64,000 nt of DNA from an uncultured delta proteobacterium. Its GTDB lineage: Bacteria; Desulfobacterota; Syntrophia; Syntrophales; UBA2192. The notes beneath the pieces are model-generated. The model was not told where the DNA came from, ran no database searches, and saw only the letters and a program-made list of their open reading frames with translations. The stretch is from positions 132,388 through 196,387 of the forward strand of contig CAVPJD010000008.1 in assembly GCA_963705165.1 (NCBI GenBank). Reading direction: 5' to 3'. Every line of letters begins with the position of its first letter. Positions within the stretch are counted from its first letter, which is position 1. Of the stretch, positions 9,640-19,512 are shown one piece after another. The position numbers and the translations under genes are program-made.

Positions 9640-10605
9640 ATGGACGTCAAATACATCAACCCCTTCCTGAACGGCACACTGGAGGTCTTGAAAAAGATGG
9701 CCTTTATGGATGCCATTCCGGGGAAACCCTATTTGAAAAAGGAAGAGGCGGCCTCCGGGGATGTCTCCGGCATCATCGGGATCACGGGCGACGCCGTCGG
9801 GTCCCTGGCGCTGAGCTTCTCCGAGAAATGCATCTGTAAGATCGTTTCCAATATGCTGGGCGAGGAACACCACGAGGTGACACGGGACATCATCGATGCC
9901 GTGGGCGAGTTGACCAACATGGTTTCCGGAGCGTCGCGGACCCAGCTCGAGAAGATGGGAATGGCCGTCTATGCCGCCATCCCCACCGTTGTGCACGGCC
10001 AGGGCCACACGATCACCCACATCCTGAAAAGTCCAAGCATATTGATCCCCTTTTCCACTGCGGCCGGCCCATTCTTTATCGATGTCTGCATCAAGACTAC
10101 GGAGGCAGGCGAGAAATCTACCGCAGCCTATGGCGTTGTCGGTGCCCGGACCGCGCAGGCTCCAAGTCCCTCCCCCCCGTCAGAGACCCGGGCGCCTGCG
10201 CAGGCAAGCCCTGGGGCGGCCGATGTCAGGAGGCCGGCAGCCGGTGCGCCCTCCGCCCCCCGGATCGATATCCGCCCGGATACACAAGGGGGGATCGGGA
10301 AGCCCGTCAATTTTGCGGAAGCAAAGGCCGGGGCGGCCGGCAAGATGGAAATCCTCAGGGCCAGACTCAAGGAGATCAGTGCCACGCGGAACTCGATCCA
10401 GAACGAGCTGAACACGAAGCCCTTCATGGATGTGACGAAGCGGCAAAAGATGAAGAAGGAGGTTTCCTTCTATGACCAGAAGATCAAACAGCTCAAGCTC
10501 GACATCATGGGGCTCGAGATGGTCTCCAAGTTGTCCCTGGAAGATATCGAAAACCCGAAGATCCCGAAGAACTACCAGAACTATGACGACAAACGAAAAG
10601 ACTGA
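9640..10605 (+). CDS. cheX: CheX-family chemotaxis phosphatase with a long C-terminal extension
   Basis: MDVKYINPFL..DVSGIIGITG..DAVGELTNMVSG (ExxN motif), then a Pro/Ala linker and a coiled coil. Confidence 0.82.
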   Translation: MDVKYINPFLNGTLEVLKKMAFMDAIPGKPYLKKEEAASGDVSGIIGITGDAVGSLALSFSEKCICKIVSNMLGEEHHEVTRDIIDAVGELTNMVSGASRTQLEKMGMAVYAAIPTVVHGQGHTITHILKSPSILIPFSTAAGPFFIDVCIKTTEAGEKSTAAYGVVGARTAQAPSPSPPSETRAPAQASPGAADVRRPAAGAPSAPRIDIRPDTQGGIGKPVNFAEAKAGAAGKMEILRARLKEISATRNSIQNELNTKPFMDVTKRQKMKKEVSFYDQKIKQLKLDIMGLEMVSKLSLEDIENPKIPKNYQNYDDKRKD

Positions 10606-10625
10606 TCGCCCAAGGGCCTTACCGT

Positions 10626-11042
10626 TCATTCATCGGCGGAATATTCTTTCCCCGCAGTTCTGAAATTCTCGGGGATCCGGCATATCCGGCGATTGCTGTT
10701 CGCGAACACGATCTCGTTTGTTCCTTCCGCGTGCAATTCCATCGTGTCCTCATTATAGAACTTGAATACAAGTTCTACGCTGGCGCCCCGCATATTCCGG
10801 ATCTGCATGCACACCAGAACTTTATCGTAGAGATAGAAGTCCTTCTTGTACTCGCACTGGGCGTTTTTCGTGATGAGCGCAAGCCCACTCTTGATCGAAT
10901 CCACGCCGCCCTGCACGGCCTCTTTGAGCCAGAGATCCCGCGTGATCCCCTGAAGGGTAAAGAACTGGGCGAAATACATGTGCTGAAGAATGTTGGTGTC
11001 TCCAATCGTGACCGTCATGCGGTATTCATAGATCTTTCCCAT
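10626..11042 (-). CDS. 4HBT/YbgC-like hotdog acyl-CoA thioesterase
   Basis: VTIGDTNILQHMYFAQF matches the DTxxxGHV(Y/N) thioesterase motif; 138 aa. Confidence 0.75.
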   Translation of the reverse strand: MGKIYEYRMTVTIGDTNILQHMYFAQFFTLQGITRDLWLKEAVQGGVDSIKSGLALITKNAQCEYKKDFYLYDKVLVCMQIRNMRGASVELVFKFYNEDTMELHAEGTNEIVFANSNRRICRIPENFRTAGKEYSADE

Positions 11043-11204
11043 CCGTGATCTCCTCAGTATTTCAAATGTCGCTCGTGATGATAAAGAGAGACATCAAAAT
11101 ATCGCAATCATGTCAATCCCGCAAGCCCCGCCGAGCAGCCCCGCACTGCTTGTTGCTTGCGGCTTCTTCCCTGGACCCTTGACCCTTCACCCTGAACCCT
11201 TTTC

Positions 11205-12164
11205 CTAGTTCCAGAAAACCTCCGAGTGCTTATACCCCGATTCGATCGGGCGCTGAGTCGACGGGTCGCGTACCGCCTTCCACCGTTGATTCTGCACACG
11301 AGGCCCCTCTGTTGACGTGATCGTGCCGGTGATGGAGTTCCCTTTGATCGTCCCGGAGAATTCCCGCGCTGTTTTCCGGCCGCTCACATCCTGCTCGATC
11401 CTGAATGTGATCCGGTCCCCGGTGAGCTTCGCATCCGCCAGGGTCAACGGATGGTCCCCCTGGGTGAGTGTGCCCCTGATCGCCTGATATCTCTGCTCCA
11501 TCTCCAGCACGAAGTCAGCCTGACGGCTTCCGGGCGAATTCCACTTCCATCGCCCCGTCACATTGGCAGGGATCACCCAGAAATAGACACGCTGGGCCCC
11601 GATGCTTGCCGAATTGTCCGGCTTCCAGTCCCCCATGTCAAAGGCATGGGAGACCAGGCGGCTCCCGGGCTTCATCTCGCTCAGGAACTTGCCGCGGAGC
11701 CTGATGTTCACATCGGGAAACAGGTAGATGAGCATCACCGTGGCTTCCCGGATGTCGCTCGCGAAGAAATTCTGCTCGACGAACCGCACCCGGTCTTCCA
11801 CGCTGGCGCCTTTCGCATTCGCCCGGCTCTCCTTGATGCGTTCCGGGTCAATGTCGATGCCCACCCCGCGGCATCCCGTTTTCTTCACCGCCGCGATGAC
11901 CAGTCTGCCGTCCCCGCAGCCGAGATCGTAGACAACGTCGCTCGCCTTCACATCGGCGAGGCGCACCATCTCGTCCACGATCGCGTGGGGCGTCGACACA
12001 TAGGGAACATCGGGAGAGGAACCCTTGGCAATCTGCAGGCCCTCCCACGAGACATAATAATTGTCCCGCTGGCGGAACCACCCGGTCTCGTCGCCCTGCG
12101 CCGGTTCGAACAGGGCGATGAGGATGAAGGAGGTGAAAACGACGGAAGCGAGCAGTTTCTTCAT
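11205..12164 (-). CDS. Class I SAM-dependent methyltransferase with a signal peptide and a C-terminal beta domain
   Basis: DVPYVSTP..VYDLGCGDGRLV..GIDID; MKKLLASVV signal peptide after a GGAGG RBS. Confidence 0.88.
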   Translation of the reverse strand: MKKLLASVVFTSFILIALFEPAQGDETGWFRQRDNYYVSWEGLQIAKGSSPDVPYVSTPHAIVDEMVRLADVKASDVVYDLGCGDGRLVIAAVKKTGCRGVGIDIDPERIKESRANAKGASVEDRVRFVEQNFFASDIREATVMLIYLFPDVNIRLRGKFLSEMKPGSRLVSHAFDMGDWKPDNSASIGAQRVYFWVIPANVTGRWKWNSPGSRQADFVLEMEQRYQAIRGTLTQGDHPLTLADAKLTGDRITFRIEQDVSGRKTAREFSGTIKGNSITGTITSTEGPRVQNQRWKAVRDPSTQRPIESGYKHSEVFWN

Positions 12165-12389
12165 GGCCCCTCCTTTTTCCGGTGCGCTCCCTTTGCCGGG
12201 ATCTTCGGACTCAAGGGCAGATCCTGACTGTCTGGTATCAGAGAAACCGCCGAAAAACAAGATCCAGCCCCTGCCGCGTAGCGGCCATGACAGTTGATTC
12301 GTTGATCAGGTGATTCGTTTATTGGTTTTAGACACGTTCTTTCCCGGCTGCCAGGCATCACGTTGGCCAGATCTTTCTCAAAATAATTC

Positions 12390-12418
12390 TTGACAATTGA
12401 CTGACAGAGGTATATTTT
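12390..12418 (+). promoter_or_regulatory. Putative sigma-70 promoter of fusA
   Basis: TTGACA-N17-TATTTT in an AT-rich intergenic region. Confidence 0.5.
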
Positions 12419-12564
12419 CCAAAAATTACGTTATATTAATTGCTAGAGTTCCAGATAGTTCAGTATTTGGTTCGATGGCTCCCCCGTTTGATTGCAACCA
12501 TCAAATGCGGGGAGTTTTCTTTTCCGTAAGATAACAACAGCACTCTAACTGCAGGGAAGAACAC

Positions 12565-14652
12565 ATGAAAAACGACATCAAGAAGGTCAGGAACATCGGG
12601 ATCAGCGCCCACATCGACTCCGGGAAGACGACACTGACGGAACGGATCCTCTACTACACCAAACGCATCCACGCGATTCACGACGTCAAAGGGAAGGACG
12701 GCGTCGGCGCCACGATGGATTCCATGGAGCTGGAGAAAGAGCGCGGGATCACGATCTGCTCCGCGGCAACCTTCTGCGAGTGGCTCGGCCATGAGATCAA
12801 CATCATCGACACCCCCGGGCACGTCGATTTCACCATCGAGGTGGAGCGCTCCCTGAGGGTCCTCGACGGTGCCGTTCTTGTATTGTGCTCGGTGGGCGGC
12901 GTGCAGTCCCAGTCGATCACCGTGGACCTGCAGATGAAGCGCTACAAGGTGCCCTGCATCGCCTTTATCAACAAGTGCGACCGCAGCGGCGCGGACCCGA
13001 CCCGCGTGACTGCCCAGCTGAGATCGAAACTGGGTCACAATGCCGTGGCCATCCAGATGCCCATGGGCCTCGAGATGGATTTCCGCGGTGTCATCGACCT
13101 GGTCGCCATGAAGGCCCTGTACTTCGACGGCGAAAACGGCGAAACGGTCCGGACCGAAGATATTCCAGGCGAGTATCGGGACGAGGCGAAAGCCAAACGG
13201 CTGGAGCTCATCGAGGCGGCGTCCATGTTCTCCGATGAGCTGATGGAAGCGGCCCTGGAGGAGCGCGAGATCCCGCCAGAGCTGCTGATCTCGGCCCTGC
13301 GCGCAGGGACGATCCGTCGCGAGCTGACGCCGGTCTTTATCGGCTCGGCCTATAAAAATAAAGCCGTTCAGCCCCTCCTCGATGCCGTGACCATGCTGCT
13401 GCCCTGCCCCACGGACGTGGAAAACACGGCCCTGGACATGGACAACAACGAAGCGTCCGTCACGCTGGAGAGCGATCCGGAAAAGCCGGTCGTTGCGCTC
13501 GCCTTCAAGCTCGAAGACGGCCAATACGGGCAGCTGACCTACATCCGCGGCTACCAGGGCTCCATTGCCAAGGGCTCGACCATCGTCAATGTGCGGACCG
13601 GCAAGAAAGTCAAGGTCGGCCGGGTGGTGCGCATGCACGCCGATCAGATGGAAGACATCGAGGCCGTGTCGGCCGGCTACATCGGCGCCCTGTTCGGAAT
13701 CGAGTGCGCCTCCGGCGATACCTTCGTCTCCCCGGGCGTCAACCTCACCATGACGTCCATGTATGTCCCGGAGCCGGTCATTTCGCTTGCGATCGAGCCG
13801 AAGGACAACAAGTCGCAGATCAACATGTCCAAGGCCCTCAACCGCTTCACGAAGGAGGACCCGACCTTCCGGTGTCACGTCGATGCCGAGACCAAGGAGA
13901 CCATCATCGAGGGCATGGGCGAGCTGCACCTCGAAGTCTACGTGGAGCGCATGAAGCGCGAGTATGGCGCGGAGGTCACCACCGGAACCCCGCGGGTAGC
14001 CTACCGGGAGACCATCACGCAGCGCGCCGAGTTCAATTACACTCACAGGAAGCAGACGGGCGGCTCCGGCCAGTACGGCCGGGTGGCCGGCTGGATCGAG
14101 CCCATCGCCGACGAGGAGTACGTATTCGAGAACAAGGTGAGCGGCGGTTCGATCCCGACCCAGTACATTGCGGCCTGCGAAAAGGGCTTCCGGGCGTGCC
14201 TGGCCAAGGGCCCCAAGATGGAATTTCCCGTCACGGGAGTCAAGATCGTCATCAACGACGGGGCCTCCCACACGGTGGACTCCTCGGACATCGCCTTCCA
14301 GCAAGCAGCCCGCGGCGCCTTCCGGGAAGGCTATGCCAAGGCAAAGCCCGTCATCCACGAGCCCGTCATGAAGGTGGTCGTGGAGACGCCGACGGAGTTC
14401 CAGGGCCCGGTCATCGGGTTGCTGAATCAGCGCCGCGGCATGATCGTCGGGGCCCAGGACGAAGGACCCATGTCGGTCATCGAAGCCCACGTCCCCCTGG
14501 CGGAGATGTTCGGCTTCTCAACGGTATTGAGATCCTCCACGCAGGGCAAGGCGCAGTTCACGATGGAATTTGCGATGTACAAGCTGGTGCCGCAGTCCAT
14601 CGCGGAGAAAATCGCGGAGGAAGTCGCGGCGCGCAAGAAAAACGCGGCCTAG
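12565..14652 (+). CDS. fusA: Elongation factor G (spdEFG1/mtEFG1-like subtype)
   Basis: [61 protein letters not shown]; 695 aa; not in an str operon. Confidence 0.97.
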   Translation: MKNDIKKVRNIGISAHIDSGKTTLTERILYYTKRIHAIHDVKGKDGVGATMDSMELEKERGITICSAATFCEWLGHEINIIDTPGHVDFTIEVERSLRVLDGAVLVLCSVGGVQSQSITVDLQMKRYKVPCIAFINKCDRSGADPTRVTAQLRSKLGHNAVAIQMPMGLEMDFRGVIDLVAMKALYFDGENGETVRTEDIPGEYRDEAKAKRLELIEAASMFSDELMEAALEEREIPPELLISALRAGTIRRELTPVFIGSAYKNKAVQPLLDAVTMLLPCPTDVENTALDMDNNEASVTLESDPEKPVVALAFKLEDGQYGQLTYIRGYQGSIAKGSTIVNVRTGKKVKVGRVVRMHADQMEDIEAVSAGYIGALFGIECASGDTFVSPGVNLTMTSMYVPEPVISLAIEPKDNKSQINMSKALNRFTKEDPTFRCHVDAETKETIIEGMGELHLEVYVERMKREYGAEVTTGTPRVAYRETITQRAEFNYTHRKQTGGSGQYGRVAGWIEPIADEEYVFENKVSGGSIPTQYIAACEKGFRACLAKGPKMEFPVTGVKIVINDGASHTVDSSDIAFQQAARGAFREGYAKAKPVIHEPVMKVVVETPTEFQGPVIGLLNQRRGMIVGAQDEGPMSVIEAHVPLAEMFGFSTVLRSSTQGKAQFTMEFAMYKLVPQSIAEKIAEEVAARKKNAA

Positions 14653-14672
14653 AAAGTCCTTGTCCTTATAGG

Positions 14673-14965
14673 TTCCCTCTCCCTTGAGGGGAGAGGGCCA
14701 GGGTGAGGGTGAATGATCCCCTTCCTCCAGCAGGAGAGGGTCGGGGTGAGGGTGACTGCTCCCCTTCCTTTTTTGAGAGGCTTGAGGTGAGGGTGATGGT
14801 TCGACTGGCTCACCATGGCGAACAAAAATGTCATCCTGAGCTTGTCGAAGGATCACGAGACGCGGCAGTCTTCTTTTAACGGACACTGTCATTGCGAGTC
14901 GAGCCGAGCGAGACGCGGCACTCTTCCCAAGAAGATTGCTTCCTCGTTTCACTCCTCGCAATGAC
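14673..14965. repeat. Cluster of palindromic intergenic repeats from several families
   Basis: Three copies of CCC(Y)..GAGAGG..GGTGAGGGTGA (14673-14796), GTCATCCTGAGCTTGTCGAAGGAT (14830-14853) and GTCATTGCGAG..CTCGCAATGAC (14888-14965). Confidence 0.7.
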
Positions 14966-15037
14966 TTTAACGCAAACCCGGCAATGCAGACAAAACGAAA
15001 AGAAAATGTCATCCATCTCAGGGACAGGAATGTCGAC

Positions 15038-15739
15038 ATGTTTAAAAAAGATTTGATCCTTCGCAACCCTCTGCGGTCTTTCGGCCGGGGGGGTGAAGAG
15101 ATTCTGACGGCCGGCCGCTTCGGTGCGGTTCTGGCGCCCGCCGGGGTCGGCAAAACGGCGTTTCTCGTGCAGCTTGCCTTGAATGCCATGCTGCAGGAAA
15201 AGAATGTACTGCACATCAGCCTCGATGAGCCCGTGACCAAGGTCAGCCTCTGGTACGCAAAGCTCTTCCAGGACCTTGCCGACCGGGCCAAACTCACCAA
15301 GCTCGACGGGGTTCTCGAGGACCTCCTGCCTCACCGGTTCATCATGACCTTCAAGGTGGAGGGGTTCACCGTTCCCAAGCTGGAGGAGCGCTTGACGGAC
15401 CTGACGGCCCAGAGCATCTTTCAGCCGGAGATGGTCCTCATCGACGGGTTCCCCTTCGGAGAGGCGGACCGGGAGCGCCTGATGGCATTGAAGCTGCTCG
15501 CCGGCAGGCTCGGAGTCTACGTCTGGTTCACCGTGCACACCCATCGGCACGAGAAACCGACGGCGGACGGGATGCCGCCGGCCCTTGCTCAGGCAAGCGA
15601 TCTTTTCGATGTGATCCTGCAGCTCGAACCGAAGGGTGCGGACATCGCGATTCAACCCCTGCGGGGCATCGCGGCCGATGCCGTCGAGAATCGCCTGCGC
15701 CTGGACCCTGCGACAATGCTGATCAGGGACGAAGACTGA
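15038..15739 (+). CDS. RecA/KaiC/DnaB-like P-loop ATPase
   Basis: APAGVGKT Walker A, VLHISLDE, MVLIDG Walker B. Confidence 0.8.
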   Translation: MFKKDLILRNPLRSFGRGGEEILTAGRFGAVLAPAGVGKTAFLVQLALNAMLQEKNVLHISLDEPVTKVSLWYAKLFQDLADRAKLTKLDGVLEDLLPHRFIMTFKVEGFTVPKLEERLTDLTAQSIFQPEMVLIDGFPFGEADRERLMALKLLAGRLGVYVWFTVHTHRHEKPTADGMPPALAQASDLFDVILQLEPKGADIAIQPLRGIAADAVENRLRLDPATMLIRDED

Positions 15740-15817
15740 CATCCACAGGCTGCCTGGAGCCATCCCTGGGCTTTACGCGGCATGTACACAATTACAGGGA
15801 TCGAAAAAGGAAGGACC

Positions 15818-16375
15818 ATGAAGAAGGAAGACGTAATTCTGTTCAGCGGCGGCATCAAAGGGGCCGAGGCTGAATTCGGGGCCAATGCGGAGCGCCTCGG
15901 GATCGAGGAGGTGAACTTCACCTTCGAGGGGCACACGATCGTGCGCAAGCGGGGCCTTCGCGTCCTGAATCACGAGGAACTGAAAAACGGCGATGTCAGC
16001 CTGGAATACCTGTCAAAACTGATGAATCGCAGCTACACCACCAGCCCGACCATCCGAAAGGTCCTGCAGAGCATCTGGTACCAGATCAACAAGGGGCAGG
16101 AGATCTACGTGATCGGGGAAATACTCGCCGACAAGACCGTAAAGGGCGGCACGGGGTGGGGCGCCGAGTTCGCCAAGCTGTGCAACAAGCCGCTCTACGT
16201 CTTCGATCAGAAGCGTAACGCCTGGTTCAAGTGGAACGAGACCGACTGGCTCGAGTGCAAAAGCGGAAGCGAGCCCGTCATCACCCACGTCCACTTCACG
16301 GGGACGGGGACGCGCTTCCTGGAAGAAAACGGCAAGAAGGCCATCGCGGGGCTGTTCGAGAGAAGCTTCGCATAA
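15818..16375 (+). CDS. Conserved hypothetical protein, SLOG (YpsA/DprA-like) fold suspected
   Basis: LFSGGIKGAE..VKGGTGWG..KPLYVFD..FTGTGTR glycine motifs. Confidence 0.7.
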   Translation: MKKEDVILFSGGIKGAEAEFGANAERLGIEEVNFTFEGHTIVRKRGLRVLNHEELKNGDVSLEYLSKLMNRSYTTSPTIRKVLQSIWYQINKGQEIYVIGEILADKTVKGGTGWGAEFAKLCNKPLYVFDQKRNAWFKWNETDWLECKSGSEPVITHVHFTGTGTRFLEENGKKAIAGLFERSFA

Positions 16376-16404
16376 ACGACGATTCCGAGAGCCGCAGCGA
16401 AACT

Positions 16405-16438
16405 AAAAGCCGCCCCCGATGCCGAGGGCGGCTTTTTT
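16405..16438. terminator. Intrinsic terminator
   Basis: AAAAGCCGCCCCCG-loop-CGAGGGCGGCTTTTTT. Confidence 0.75.
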
Positions 16439-16545
16439 CATGCATGATGGCTTTTCAGCGGTAGAGTCTCGCGGACCGGAAAAATCGATTCGACGCTCGA
16501 CACGGGGCCCTCGGCCACTTCGCGCCGGGAGCGACAGCCGGGGGG

Positions 16546-17346
16546 TCAATCCGCCAAGCGCTGCCTGAAGATGGATGCTACCTTCGCCTTCTCCCCGTCC
16601 GTCTTTCCATAGCAGTCCAGGATTCTGTCATTGAGTTCGGTCATGTTGATGGGCTTTACGAAGTAGCCCTGAATCCCCAGGTCGGAGCAACTCACGACAT
16701 CTTCCCTCGAGCTGAGCGCGCTGATGACGATGACGGCAACCGACGGATCCACTTCCCGGATCTCTTTGAGGAGCACATAGCCGCTCTTGCAAGGCAACAT
16801 CAGGTCCATGATGAGGACATCCGGCTTCCAGTCCTGATAGAGCTTGAGCCCCTTCTCCCCATCCTCCGCAAATTTCGCTTCGAAAATCCTGCCGGCCAGC
16901 CTCATCTCATAAAGCCGCCGGGTCATCTTGTCGTCCTCAACGATCAGGATCTTCAGCCTCTCCGGAACGCCGGGCCTCGTCCTCTCCAGGATCGGACGGA
17001 TCACAGAGAGGAACTCGTCGGGTGTAAATGGCTTCTGCAGGTAATCGACAGCACCCAGCTTCATGCACTCCACGGCGGACTTCACCTCGCTGACGCCGGT
17101 CACCATCAGGCAGACGGTGTGGGGGGTCTTTTCCTTGATCGCCTTCAGCACCTGCTTTCCGTCCAGCCCGGGCATGTTGATATCGATGAGGGCAAGGTCA
17201 AAGACTTCCCCGTCATGGATGGCATCGACTGCATCACGAGGATCGCTGATCAGCCTGATATTCTTGATGCCTGCCTGCAAAAGGCATCGCTTCATGCTGT
17301 CCAGAAAATCCTGCTCATCATCGATGACAATGATGGAGTGATTCAT
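16546..17346 (-). CDS. Response regulator with two receiver domains
   Basis: IIVIDDE..LIDINMPGLDG..YLQKPF and ILIVEDD..IMDLMLP..YFVKP. Confidence 0.88.
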   Translation of the reverse strand: MNHSIIVIDDEQDFLDSMKRCLLQAGIKNIRLISDPRDAVDAIHDGEVFDLALIDINMPGLDGKQVLKAIKEKTPHTVCLMVTGVSEVKSAVECMKLGAVDYLQKPFTPDEFLSVIRPILERTRPGVPERLKILIVEDDKMTRRLYEMRLAGRIFEAKFAEDGEKGLKLYQDWKPDVLIMDLMLPCKSGYVLLKEIREVDPSVAVIVISALSSREDVVSCSDLGIQGYFVKPINMTELNDRILDCYGKTDGEKAKVASIFRQRLAD

Positions 17347-17469
17347 CCCGGTTCGATCCCATGGGCGATCAAGAAGGTCTCCGCAGGGGTCGATTTCCGG
17401 CCCCAACGAGACGCTTTCTGTTTATCTGTCCGATATAAAACGCATTTCCCGGCCACTCCCCCATGAATA

Positions 17470-17485
17470 TGCAAATCTCAAACCA
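17470..17485 (-). promoter_or_regulatory. Putative sigma-54 promoter
   Basis: Minus strand TGGTTT-GAGAT-TTGCA (GG-N10-GC). Confidence 0.45.
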
Positions 17486-17758
17486 GACGAAAAACAATGT
17501 CCCGTCGACAGGGCCCTTCGGCGGGCTCTCCGCGCAGCATGCGGGGCAGGAGCGACAAAGGCCCCCCCAGGCCGCTGCGCGGCAGTGACCAGTGAGGAAG
17601 AATGGGCAAAGCAGAAAGTAAACGGTAGACAGTGGTCGCGTATCGGCCATGGCAGTTGATTCGCTGCTTAGTTGACTGGTTTATTGGCCATAGGGGGTAT
17701 CCTGAAGCCTGAAGCCCGAATCCCTATCCCCCTTATCAACCATTTACTAATCAACCAG

Positions 17759-18322
17759 TTACTGCTGCGAATCAGCAGCCTCCAGGGGGAATCGATACCC
17801 GGCCTTCTCGTAGAGATCCCTGATCCGGATCAGATCCGCCATTTTGTCTTCCCCGGGAATAATCTCGCCCAGCCATCGAGCTGTTTTATGTTCGCTGTCC
17901 ATATACCAGCAGATGATGGATACCCCGGCGCCCCTGGCGATGTGCCAGAATCCGGTTTTGATCGTGCGTATCTCTTTGCGTGTGCCCTCGGGCACGATGG
18001 CCAGAAGAAACTCCTCGCGCGAATTGAATACGTCCACCATCTGTTCCACCGCTCCCTGGGGGGCCTTGCGATCGACCGGGATGCCGCCCAGGGCATGGAG
18101 CACAATGGACAGGGGCCAGAAAAACGCTTCTTTCTTGATCATGATGTGGCCCGTTCGCTTGATGATCCGAAAGCCCGTGAAGGCCCTGACGGTATCTATG
18201 TTGGACGTGTGGGGAAAGCCGATGATCACGTGCTTGTTGGAAACGCAGGGCGGGAGCGGCTCGAACCGCCAGCCCATCAGGAAGTAGAGCATCCGCCCGG
18301 CATAGCTCAGGATCGTTTTCAT
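17759..18322 (-). CDS. PlsC-family acyltransferase
   Basis: PHTSNID, GGIPVDR, PEGTR motifs. Confidence 0.9.
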   Translation of the reverse strand: MKTILSYAGRMLYFLMGWRFEPLPPCVSNKHVIIGFPHTSNIDTVRAFTGFRIIKRTGHIMIKKEAFFWPLSIVLHALGGIPVDRKAPQGAVEQMVDVFNSREEFLLAIVPEGTRKEIRTIKTGFWHIARGAGVSIICWYMDSEHKTARWLGEIIPGEDKMADLIRIRDLYEKAGYRFPLEAADSQQ

Positions 18323-18638
18323 GGTAGATTAATTCCTGCAAAACCCATAGGCCACTGCGGCTTTCCCCATACACCCCTTGCCCGTTGCCGCAACAATCTA
18401 CAGGAAGATCGCTCCGGGGGCAATTCCAATTGCCGGCTTGCCTGCCTCGATGCCTCGCCCCTTCCGGGGAACCCCGAAGTCCGGGCGGGCCCTTGCGGAA
18501 CCGATGATCCCCCGCTCGGGAAAAAAATGCCTGCAGAGGCTCCAAAACGGACTGCCCGGGGCAGGGAGCCCTGGACGCGACGAATCATAATGCCCGTCAT
18601 AACAGCCAGTTAAAGAAAATGCCGTCTTTGCTTTCCGG

Positions 18639-18653
18639 TGGCACATTTTCTGC
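18639..18653 (+). promoter_or_regulatory. Sigma-54 promoter of motAB
   Basis: TGGCAC-ATTTT-CTGC, about 40 nt before the ATG at 18695. Confidence 0.6.
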
Positions 18654-18694
18654 CTTTCAAAGAGATTGAAGCAACCCGCAAAAGGAGCCGCCTC

Positions 18695-19504
18695 ATGATC
18701 AGACAAGCCATTTGCTCTCTACTTCTTCTGACTGCCATTTTTGTCATAACGTTCAACCTGGAGGTCAAGGAGATGGGGCTCATCTCCAATCTTTGCGCCC
18801 TGTTGATTGTCGTGGGGGGAACCTTTGCGGCCACCCTGATTGCCTACCCCCTGAAAAAGCTGGTCTGGACCACCCGGCTCCTCAAAAATTCCTTTACCTT
18901 TCGCGAGGAAATGAATTCGACGATCGAGAACATCGTCAAGCTGGCTCACATCTACCGGAATAAGGGGGTCCGCCCCCTGGAGCTGGAGGCAAATAATCTG
19001 CCCCCGGGTCTCCTGAAGACGGGCGTTGAATTGATCGCCTATCACTACTCGCGGGACAAGATCGAGCAGATCCTGCACAAGGAGGCCTTGTGCACGCAGA
19101 ATCAGTGCGAGACATCCCACAAGATGCTCTACAACATGGCCCGTCTTGCCCCGGCCCTGGGGCTGGCCGGAACCATCATCAGCCTCATCCGCATCTTCGG
19201 GCACATCAGCGACCCCCAGAATCTGATCGGGTACATGGCGGTTGCGCTCCTGAGCACCTTTTACGGCGTGATTCTGGCCAATATCTGCTTTGTGCCCCTG
19301 TCCAACAAGCTCAGGGAATTCATGGACCAGAATGAGTTTCAGATGGATATCGTCCAGGAGGGGATCCTGGATCTCTTCGACCAGGAACACCCGCGGGCGA
19401 TCCGCTACAAATTGGAGACGCTCTCTGCGACCATGGGAATGCCGAATCGGGCCTTCACCCGGCCCAACCTGGTTTTGCTGCCTTCCCATGAGCAAGCCAA
19501 ATAA
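18695..19504 (+). CDS. motA: MotA/PomA-like stator subunit
   Basis: LIVVGGTFAATLIAYP, APALGLAGTIISLI, MAVALLSTFYGVILAN..P..KL; AAGGAG RBS. Confidence 0.85.
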   Translation: MIRQAICSLLLLTAIFVITFNLEVKEMGLISNLCALLIVVGGTFAATLIAYPLKKLVWTTRLLKNSFTFREEMNSTIENIVKLAHIYRNKGVRPLELEANNLPPGLLKTGVELIAYHYSRDKIEQILHKEALCTQNQCETSHKMLYNMARLAPALGLAGTIISLIRIFGHISDPQNLIGYMAVALLSTFYGVILANICFVPLSNKLREFMDQNEFQMDIVQEGILDLFDQEHPRAIRYKLETLSATMGMPNRAFTRPNLVLLPSHEQAK

Positions 19505-19512
19505 ATGAACCG

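Noticed and set aside
12460..14490. 676-aa ORF antisense to fusA
   Set aside because: Shadow frame of a GC-rich, highly conserved gene; no recognisable motifs.
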